Part shown: one piece after another, positions 20,000 to 27,508 of the stretch
How positions within the stretch are numbered: the first letter of the stretch is position 1
How the letters are laid out: each line of letters begins with the position of its first letter
Assembly (NCBI GenBank): GCA_963833575.1
Contig: CAWHXY010000004.1
Span: forward strand, 1,122,197-1,186,196
Source of the DNA: Candidatus Bathyarchaeota archaeon
GTDB taxonomy: Archaea > Thermoproteota > Bathyarchaeia > Bathyarchaeales > Bathycorpusculaceae
DNA length: 64,000 bases
Reading direction: 5' to 3'
Made by a program: the position numbers and the translations under genes
The notes under the pieces: model-generated
Seen by the model: only the letters and a program-made list of their open reading frames with translations
What the model was told of the DNA's origin: nothing
Databases searched by the model: none

Positions 20000-21511
20000 T
20001 TACTCTCCCGCCAATTTTACGCCCAAGATTTTAGATTCAGCCCGGCTTAACCCAACTCCTCTAAGCGCCAGTCGGTTGCCTCGTAAGCTTTCAATAGCGT
20101 TTATACCCATGCCGCCCATCATGTCTTTAATTTCTAAGCTCCAGCTGTTAAGCATGTTAACGAGGCGTTTTGAAGCAATGTCGGGGTTTATGCGTTTGCT
20201 AATCCATGGATCGCTTGTAGCAATACCCCAAGGGCATTTGCCTGTATAGCAACGCTGGCAAACTGTACAGCCCATAGCTATCAGAGCTGCCGTTCCAATG
20301 TACACAGCGTCAGCTCCCAGTGCTACAGCCTTAAACACGTCAGCGCTACTTCTGATACCGCCTGCTATCACGACGGAAGCTTGGTTGCGTATGCCCTCCT
20401 CTCGTAAGCGTTGATCAACTTGCCCAAGAGCTAACTCGATGGGTATGCCTACGTTATCTCTAATTACTTTGGGTGCTGCACCAGTCGCGCCTCTGACACC
20501 GTCAAGAGCAATTATGTCTGCCCCAGCCCTAACCATACCGCTGGCTATTGCCGCTGAATTGTGAACTGCTGCGATTTTCACTGAAATTGGTTTAGTATAG
20601 TTTGTAGCTTCTTTTAACGCGTAAATTAATTGACGTAAGTCTTCGATTGAGTAAATATCATGCTGTGGGTAAGGCGAAAGCGCATCGGTGCCTTCAGGAA
20701 TCATGCGTGTCTTGGCTACGTGCTCAGTTACTTTTTCACCTGGCAAGTGGCCGCCTATTCCTGGTTTTGCACCTTGGCCAATTTTGATTTCTACAGCTGC
20801 CCCAGCGTTTAGGTATTTCGGATGCACGCCAAATCGTCCTGATGCAACTTGAACGATAGCATGTTCGCCATATTTGTAGAGGCTTTGGTCTAAGCCGCCT
20901 TCGCCAGTGTTAAAGTAAGTGCCGCATTCAGTAGCTGCGCGAGCTAGGGATTCGTGAACGTTTAGGCTGATTGCACCATAAGACATGGCTGAGAACATTA
21001 CAGGGATATCAAGGCAGAGTTGTGGTGTAAGCTGGGTTCTTAATGATAGTTCACCGTTTTCCATCTGCATTTCCAGTTTGTCTGGTTTTGTACCAAGATA
21101 AGTTCGAATTTCCATTGGTTCACGTAGCGGATCTATGGATGGGTTGGTTACTTGACTCGCGTTTAGGAGTAGTCTGTCCCAGTAAGTGTAGTCTGGTTTG
21201 TCACAACCCATTCCCGTTAAGATTACTCCGCCGCTTTCTGCTTGTTTTTTCACATCGCGGATTGCGTCAAATGTCCAATTGGCGTTTTCTCTATTGACAT
21301 TGGGGTTCTTTCTTATTGTAATTGCGTGGGTTGGGCAGAATGTTACGCAGCGTTGACAGTTAACGCAGTTCTCGTCTTTACTGAAAACTGTGTCTGTGTC
21401 GGCGTCGTAGTAATGGGTTTCGTATGTGCACTGGTTAATGCATACTTTGCACCGTATGCAACGTTTCTCGTCGCGTTCAACTAGGTACTCGGGGATTACG
21501 TAAGTTTTCAT
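20000..21511 (-). CDS. gltB2: Glutamate synthase FMN-binding subunit with N-terminal ferredoxin domain
   Basis: AMSYGA, NTGEGG, QVASGRFGV, EIKIGQGAKPGIGGHLPGEKV, HDIYSIEDL and 3Fe-4S cysteines. Confidence 0.95.
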   Translation of the reverse strand: MKTYVIPEYLVERDEKRCIRCKVCINQCTYETHYYDADTDTVFSKDENCVNCQRCVTFCPTHAITIRKNPNVNRENANWTFDAIRDVKKQAESGGVILTGMGCDKPDYTYWDRLLLNASQVTNPSIDPLREPMEIRTYLGTKPDKLEMQMENGELSLRTQLTPQLCLDIPVMFSAMSYGAISLNVHESLARAATECGTYFNTGEGGLDQSLYKYGEHAIVQVASGRFGVHPKYLNAGAAVEIKIGQGAKPGIGGHLPGEKVTEHVAKTRMIPEGTDALSPYPQHDIYSIEDLRQLIYALKEATNYTKPISVKIAAVHNSAAIASGMVRAGADIIALDGVRGATGAAPKVIRDNVGIPIELALGQVDQRLREEGIRNQASVVIAGGIRSSADVFKAVALGADAVYIGTAALIAMGCTVCQRCYTGKCPWGIATSDPWISKRINPDIASKRLVNMLNSWSLEIKDMMGGMGINAIESLRGNRLALRGVGLSRAESKILGVKLAGE

Positions 21512-22665
21512 TGTGTTTTTCCTCCGGCTAAAACCTCAAGGGTTTTAGGGTTCATGTTTTTTAGTCTTGCAACAACTGGTTCTCCGCCTCTGGGTGCCCA
21601 GAAATGGTCAAGGTGAGGTGAAACAAGGCGCATAGCTGATTCTTCAGATGATAGATACATGTAGTCGCCGTTTGTGCCAGCAACCATTGGTCGCAGTTTG
21701 ATTCTGTCGGTTAGTCCTATCATTTCGCCGTGGTGAGCAATAATTATGCTAAAAGGTCCATTCATCAGTAAGCTGCCGTAAGTTTGACGAAGCGTTCTTA
21801 GCAACTGCGCTTTTTTGGGTTCCATTTGGTCTATTTCCTCCCAGAGTGGCGCAGATAGGATTTGGGCAACTATCTCAATTGGTAGGTTTTCTCTTCGCAT
21901 TAGTAAGTCAACTGTATATGCTAGCACTTCAGTGTCTGTTTGCATGGTGCATTTGTAACCATACATTTCTAAGTAACGGCGATTTATGCCGTAAGATGAA
22001 AGTTCACCGTTGTGCACTACTGTCCAGTCTAATATGTTGAATGGATGTGCTCCTCCCCACCAGCCTGGAGTATTTGTCGGGAATCTGCTGTGGCATGACC
22101 ACAAGTATCCTTGGTAATCTTCTAGACAGAAGAAATCTGCAACGTCTTCTGGAAAGCCAACGCCTTTGAATACACCCATATTTTTGCCGCTTGAGAAAAC
22201 AAATGCTTTTCCCGTTTCAGTGTTAATGCGCATGATAGTTTCTATCACGTAATCTTCTTCGGTTTGATTTTCGGGTCGAAGTTTTTTGGGTTGAACAAAA
22301 TATCGCCAAACTAATGGCGGATTGTGAACGTTGGCTGGTCTTGTTTGCATTTCTTCTTCGTAAATTGTGTCAAATTTTGAAGCGAGTATACGATCAGTTT
22401 TTTCTTTCGAATCTTTGCTTAGGTACATTATGTGGAAAGCGTAGTGATCTTTGAATTCTGGGTATATGCCGTAAACTGCAAAGCCGCCACCTAGACCGTT
22501 GCCGCGATCGTGCATGTTCGTAATCGCTTTGACTGGATCCTTTGAGCTAAAGCGTTTGCCTTCCGTATTCATCATGCCGAAAAGAGCGCAGCCTGAGAAA
22601 TCCTTGTCATCTCCAAATGGATTGATTATTTTTCTGTCTTGTTGGTTCATTTTATTGCACCACAC
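21508..22665 (-). CDS. gltB1: Glutamate synthase class II glutamine amidotransferase subunit
   Basis: SG|CALFG Ntn cysteine, HSRFPTNT, HPF and VHNGE. Confidence 0.92.
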   Translation of the reverse strand: MWCNKMNQQDRKIINPFGDDKDFSGCALFGMMNTEGKRFSSKDPVKAITNMHDRGNGLGGGFAVYGIYPEFKDHYAFHIMYLSKDSKEKTDRILASKFDTIYEEEMQTRPANVHNPPLVWRYFVQPKKLRPENQTEEDYVIETIMRINTETGKAFVFSSGKNMGVFKGVGFPEDVADFFCLEDYQGYLWSCHSRFPTNTPGWWGGAHPFNILDWTVVHNGELSSYGINRRYLEMYGYKCTMQTDTEVLAYTVDLLMRRENLPIEIVAQILSAPLWEEIDQMEPKKAQLLRTLRQTYGSLLMNGPFSIIIAHHGEMIGLTDRIKLRPMVAGTNGDYMYLSSEESAMRLVSPHLDHFWAPRGGEPVVARLKNMNPKTLEVLAGGKTQ

Positions 22666-23932
22666 TCATTTTTCTCTGAAGCCCGACCGGCAAATTTGCC
22701 CAGCTGAAGTCGTCTGAGAGGATTTCTTGCTTGAATTTTTTTACGTTTATTGCATTTTTCATTAGGTAGAATAATATGCCTGCGCGTTCAATGCTGTTGA
22801 CAAGCGTTATGCCCACGATAACGTTGTTTCTGAGAACCAGTTTTTTGTAGATGTTATGTTCAAAGTCTTGGTTAATGAGCACTTCCAACGTTGGGTCTTC
22901 TTTTGGGTTAGCTAAACCTATTGAGACGAGGGGTATGCCAAAGTATTTGAGGCTGCTCATGTTTGTGCCGCCGCCGTAGGTGGTTGTTTTGCCTGCCATA
23001 TTGTAGCCTGCAACTTGTCCTTCCAAAACTGCTAAGGGCCAAAGGGGCAAGGTGCGGTTTTGGTTAATTATAAAGTCATAAGCCTCAGCAACATCACCAC
23101 TGGCGTAAACGTCAGGTACGCTTGTCTGCATTAGATTGTCAACCACTATTCCCCTGTTAATTTTTACAGCACTTCCAGCAACCAAATCTGTGCGCGGAAT
23201 AACCCCGATAGCCATGATAACAAGGTCACACGCGACTTGTGCTCCTTTAGTTAATAGCACTCCGCCGACGACACCGTCGTTGTCTGGTTTGCCCAAGATT
23301 TTCTGGACAGATTGGCCTGTAACAACATTGACGCCTGCTTTCTTGACAACAGCTTCTACAATATCTGAACCTTTAGCATCTAAGAGCAAGCTGAGAATTT
23401 TATCTTGCAACTCAACCATTGTAACTTTCAAGCCACGTTTAACGAGTGCCTCTGTTACGCTTATACCGATAAGTCCCCCTCCTATCACTACTGCAGCCTT
23501 GGCGTTTATCGCGTCAATTTTAGCGATAATCCGCTGGGCATCCCCAATAGTGGTAAATGTGAATACGCCATCCTTGTCTGAGCCCTCGGTCTTTGGAACG
23601 AAGGGTTTGCCGCCTGTTGCAAGTAATAGCTTTTCGTATGAGACTTTTTCGCCGCTTTCAAGCTGGACCGTTTTTTCAGTAAGGTTTAGAGCTATGGCTT
23701 TTTTGCCCATTAAGGTTTCTACGTTGTTTTCTTTCCAGAATTCCTCGGTTCGGCAGTTGATTTTTTTCATGTCTGCTTTGCCGCTGACAAAGTCGCTAAT
23801 CATGGGGCGGCTGTAATGTGAGCATGTTTCATCTGTGATTACTGTTATGGTTCCAGTTGGGTCTACTTCTCTTATTGCTTCAACTGCGCCTAAGCCTGCT
23901 GCTGAAGCTCCCACAATTACGTACTTTGACAT
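22652..23932 (-). CDS. FAD-dependent NAD(P)H oxidoreductase (NirB/rubredoxin reductase-like), probable electron input to glutamate synthase
   Basis: GASAAG, LATGG, GGGLIG and YASGDVAE; within the glt operon. Confidence 0.88.
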   Translation of the reverse strand: MSKYVIVGASAAGLGAVEAIREVDPTGTITVITDETCSHYSRPMISDFVSGKADMKKINCRTEEFWKENNVETLMGKKAIALNLTEKTVQLESGEKVSYEKLLLATGGKPFVPKTEGSDKDGVFTFTTIGDAQRIIAKIDAINAKAAVVIGGGLIGISVTEALVKRGLKVTMVELQDKILSLLLDAKGSDIVEAVVKKAGVNVVTGQSVQKILGKPDNDGVVGGVLLTKGAQVACDLVIMAIGVIPRTDLVAGSAVKINRGIVVDNLMQTSVPDVYASGDVAEAYDFIINQNRTLPLWPLAVLEGQVAGYNMAGKTTTYGGGTNMSSLKYFGIPLVSIGLANPKEDPTLEVLINQDFEHNIYKKLVLRNNVIVGITLVNSIERAGILFYLMKNAINVKKFKQEILSDDFSWANLPVGLQRKMSVVQ

Positions 23933-23933
23933 T

Positions 23934-24380
23934 TTACGGTTTCACCTCTTTGAATACTAATGCTTGATTTGGGCAATTGGCAACGCATGCTGGCTCGTCG
24001 AAGCCTTGGCATAAATCGCATTTAGTGACTACGTGTCCTTCTATGTCCATTTTTATGGCGCCATAGGGACAAATCATTATACAGGTCCAGCAGCCCATGC
24101 ATTTGTCTTTGTTGTGGGTTACTTGTCCTGTTTTTTCGTCTTTTTGCATTGCTCCTGATAAACAAGCGGTTACGCATGGGGCGTAGTCGCAGTGGCGGCA
24201 TTGGATTGCGAAAGACACGGGTTTGTTTCTCTCTACTGTTACTCTGCTTATTGGTTTGGGTCGTTCGCTATTGTAGGCTTTGACTATGTCTTTTGATTTT
24301 GAATGTTGGACTGTACAGTATACTTCGCATAGTCCGCAGCCTATGCATACTTCTTGTTTTGCGATTATTCTTTTCACCAT
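23934..24380 (-). CDS. 4Fe-4S dicluster (DmsB/CooF-like) protein
   Basis: Four Cys clusters (CIGCGLCEVYC, CRHC..APC, CMGCWTCIMICP, KCDLC..PAC); start moved to ATG 24380 with SD gagg. Confidence 0.9.
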   Translation of the reverse strand: MVKRIIAKQEVCIGCGLCEVYCTVQHSKSKDIVKAYNSERPKPISRVTVERNKPVSFAIQCRHCDYAPCVTACLSGAMQKDEKTGQVTHNKDKCMGCWTCIMICPYGAIKMDIEGHVVTKCDLCQGFDEPACVANCPNQALVFKEVKP

Positions 24381-24613
24381 AATTATGCCTCTTTGAATTT
24401 TGTGTTTAGCGTGGACAAGTGAGTATGTGAATATGTAGTTCCACGTTGTTTGTGCAAAAAGCACCGTTGGTTGTAGTTGATCGGTTACAAGTTGTAGCGA
24501 TTATTTTGCAGGTGTTGAATGCCATTTTTATCACTTTTTGGTTAGAGTTAGCGCATTTAATGCATGTATTCTATATAACTTTGTTGTTAATCATTTATAT
24601 GCCACTTCATGAA

Positions 24614-24637
24614 ATATGTTTAATATACGAAACATAT
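24614..24637. promoter_or_regulatory. Inverted repeat ATATGTTT-N8-AAACATAT, candidate operator between divergent promoters
   Basis: Perfect 8-bp arms just downstream of the TATA-like tttatat (24594-24600); a divergent TATA lies near 24571-24579. Confidence 0.55.
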
Positions 24638-25755
24638 ATCTGGTGAGTGACTTGGCAGAAAAAGATCTAGGTTATAGACGAGTCCAATGCACTGGACGAG
24701 GCTCATACATAATCTCATTGCCCAAAGAGTGGGTCCAAGACCTAGAACTAAAACGAGGCAGCGAAATAGCATTCAACATCCAACCAGACTCCACATTAAC
24801 ACTAGTTCCACGGAAGATTCAGGAAAAAGAAGGAAGAGGCAACGCAGCTAAACCTAAAGAATACTACATTAGCATTGACCCAAAAGAAAAAATACAATCT
24901 ACTTTACGCATGACCCGCGCCTTATACGCAATAGGTGCCGACATAATTAGAGTCCACTTCAAAAACTCCCAAGATGCAGCAAAATACAAAAACGAAATAA
25001 AAAACTTAGCCAGAGACAATTTCTTAGGTTCAGAAATAATCGATGAAACACCAGACGAAATCACACTGCAAATCCTAATCAAACACTCAGAATTCCCAAT
25101 CGAAAAAGCAGTTAGACGAATGGCTATCGTGGCACTCGCAGCAAACAGAGATGCCATCGCCGCTCTAAAAGATAGAAGCACCTCTTTGTTTGACAGCGTT
25201 ATCAACTCTCACAACGATGTAAACCGTCTAGGACTCTACATTGTTCGCCAACTGAAGTATGGAATAGAGCGAAACCTATACCGTGAACTTGGTTTTCGAA
25301 CGCCCAAAGAATTCCTGCTTTATCGCATAGCCGTAAACGATGTTGAAAGCATAGCCCAAAATGCTCTGAACATAATTAACAACCTTGGTTCCTTGCAAAA
25401 ACTAATCAACGATGAAACTCTTTTCATAAAAGACCCTATAGATGAAGAAATATACAATCAACTTGTCAATTACAGCACACAAGCACACCAACTCTACGAT
25501 GACTCAATAAAAGCGCTCTTTAAAAGAGAATACAAAGATGCAGAAAAACTAATCTCTAAACGTGAATCATTAAAACCGCTGGAAAACGAGCTAATTATGC
25601 TGATGTCAAGCAAAAAAATGGATCCAAACATAGCCTCTGTCCTGCGCTTGATTTTTGATAGTTCAAGACGCATTATGGATTACAGTGGAAACATGGCTGA
25701 GTTAACACTCAACCGAACCGTAGAAGAACTATGCTCAACACTAGCGTACAAATAG
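24616..25755 (+). CDS. AbrB-domain plus PhoU-repeat transcriptional regulator (true start probably about 24643-24652)
   Basis: RRVQCTGRGSYIISLPKEWV AbrB motif followed by two PhoU-like helical repeats. Confidence 0.88.
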   Translation: MFNIRNIYLVSDLAEKDLGYRRVQCTGRGSYIISLPKEWVQDLELKRGSEIAFNIQPDSTLTLVPRKIQEKEGRGNAAKPKEYYISIDPKEKIQSTLRMTRALYAIGADIIRVHFKNSQDAAKYKNEIKNLARDNFLGSEIIDETPDEITLQILIKHSEFPIEKAVRRMAIVALAANRDAIAALKDRSTSLFDSVINSHNDVNRLGLYIVRQLKYGIERNLYRELGFRTPKEFLLYRIAVNDVESIAQNALNIINNLGSLQKLINDETLFIKDPIDEEIYNQLVNYSTQAHQLYDDSIKALFKREYKDAEKLISKRESLKPLENELIMLMSSKKMDPNIASVLRLIFDSSRRIMDYSGNMAELTLNRTVEELCSTLAYK

Positions 25756-25786
25756 TTGCGCAATCTCCTTTTTCATAGTAAAATGG

Positions 25787-25895
25787 TGGTGCTCCGGCCG
25801 GGATTTGGACCCGGGTCCGCGACTCGAGAGGCCGCTATACATAGTCCCTTAGTAAGAAGTCTTAGTAAGGTTTGACCGGACTATACTACCGGAGC
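25787..25895 (-). tRNA. tRNA-Glu(CTC) with a 31-nt non-canonical intron in the D-arm (about 25841-25871); CCA encoded
   Basis: GCTCCGG/CCGGAGC acceptor stem, GCGGC-CTCTCGA-GTCGC anticodon arm, T-arm CCGGG-TCCAAAT-CCCGG; intron GGACT pairs with exon AGTCC. Confidence 0.9.
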
Positions 25896-26032
25896 ATTAG
25901 CAAAAAGGTGTGGTCTAACAAATAAATATCTTTTTATGGGTTCAGTAATTCTGCAAGAAATTAAGTTTCAAAGAAATACCTGAAGATACCAATCAAGACA
26001 GCGTTCTAAAAGAAGCAATTCTTGCTTGAATT

Positions 26033-26386
26033 TTAGGTTTCTTCATCAACATTTAAGAACTGTTTTATCTTTGCCATAATTTCCTGCAAACACTTCTGCG
26101 TGAGAGGGGGGTCATAAGGGATTCGGAGCACATCCCAACCTTGCAACTCCAAAAGCTCATCAATTTCACTGTCACGCGCTAATTGTTTATCTTTGCGATG
26201 AACGGGATTACCATCAAGATAAACAATTTTTCTTTTTTCAACCCAGCAAAAGTCAGGAACGGTAGATTTCAAAATAATAGGTTTTTGTGTAATCATACCG
26301 TTCGTTAATCCAACAATGCTTAGTGTTTGGAAAACAGCCATTTCTGCTTGGCTGACTCTAGGATGCATGTTTGCTTTGTAACTCAA
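26033..26386 (-). CDS. Vsr/DUF559-like PD-(D/E)xK endonuclease
   Basis: SQAE, PDF, IVYLDGNPVH and D..L..QGWDVLRI motifs. Confidence 0.75.
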   Translation of the reverse strand: MSYKANMHPRVSQAEMAVFQTLSIVGLTNGMITQKPIILKSTVPDFCWVEKRKIVYLDGNPVHRKDKQLARDSEIDELLELQGWDVLRIPYDPPLTQKCLQEIMAKIKQFLNVDEET

Positions 26387-26876
26387 CTTGCATTCACTAC
26401 CTTTGCGAGCACCTACTCAAGCGACTATGAAACGAGTCGACTCATACTGATCCTCGGAAAAGATCGTTCACGTGCGGCACGTTTAAAGAAAATAGTGGAT
26501 GAGCCAATTGTAGCTTTAAAGATTAAACTTTGAGACATTCTTTTTGTTCTTCCTGCTTATAGACAAAACAGGAATACATTTCTAACCCTATTTAAAGCGT
26601 TGGAGAAACGACATCATCGACCAGGGGAGGGTATAGTAAAAGTGAAAAAGCATAAACCCTTTAGGCATAGGTGCTTGTTTGATTTCTTTTTTTGTCTAAG
26701 AATTTTGGTTGCTAAGTAATAATAAAGGTCATTGTAAATATTTGGACAGCAATATCTCCTATATACATGGTGGCCATGTTAAAGGGAAAAAAAACAGATA
26801 CAAACATAACGCTAAGACTTCTTAAGCGCCTCTAAAGGCCAATAATAAATTCTATACTGAAAAGCGATGTATTAAG

Positions 26877-27034
26877 TGCAAGAAATAACTAGAAGGAGGC
26901 TTGGCGGATCGCTCATGTTAATCCAAGTCGCGAACCAAAATGAGACCTGATTTCTCAGGCTGTGGCGATTCGCGTCCCGTTTAACGGCTGACCAGCCAAG
27001 CATGGGTGTACCTCTTGGATGGCTATTTCTCGCA
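26877..27034 (-). ncRNA. Orphan structured RNA of about 155 nt with a cloverleaf-like core
   Basis: 13-bp terminal stem with G-U pairs on the minus strand, inner 7-bp GCUUGGC/GCCAAGC stem, GAAA tetraloop hairpin, TATA TTTATA at 27061-27056. Confidence 0.65.
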
Positions 27035-27163
27035 AATTAACAACTCGTTACCAAGTATAAATGGAATTGTGGTTGTATTGAGTCAACAACAAGCATGCAA
27101 GCTTTAGTTTGGATTTAAAGTCAAAAGTGTTAAATGATTAGGAAGGAGCGCTTACTTCCAGGA

Positions 27164-27379
27164 TTATGCGGATATTACTTCTTCTTGTTCTTCCAAAACT
27201 AAGGGCATAATTCTTATTTGATCATTTTCAGGTAGCTTATACTTAGTTTTGCTCGTCCTCTTTTCTTCCCCAATGCAGGACATACAGAATCCCATCAAGA
27301 AAATGCACATTAACAATGGAAGAAGCATAATCGTTAAGCCTTTGCTTCTTTTACGAGTTTGAGCTATCAAACTTTGCAC
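27164..27379 (-). CDS. Small single-TM membrane protein
   Basis: Hydrophobic segment preceded by basic residues; SD-like gagga upstream. Confidence 0.5.
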   Translation of the reverse strand: MQSLIAQTRKRSKGLTIMLLPLLMCIFLMGFCMSCIGEEKRTSKTKYKLPENDQIRIMPLVLEEQEEVISA

Positions 27380-27508
27380 CTGGTTCCTCTTTCTGTTGAT
27401 AGCGTTAAAAGCTTTGATTATTGAAAATATAGATTCAAAATCACTATTCGATGTGACAAGAAGTAAATAAGAAAAGAAACAGGTAAGACTCTTTGACTGG
27501 TCTGGATT

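Noticed and set aside
23136-23816. 226-aa plus-strand ORF
   Set aside because: Antisense shadow of the FAD oxidoreductase gene
25787-27100. Integrated element at tRNA-Glu
   Set aside because: The accessory genes lie on the 5' side of the tRNA; no integrase or duplicated tRNA end was seen
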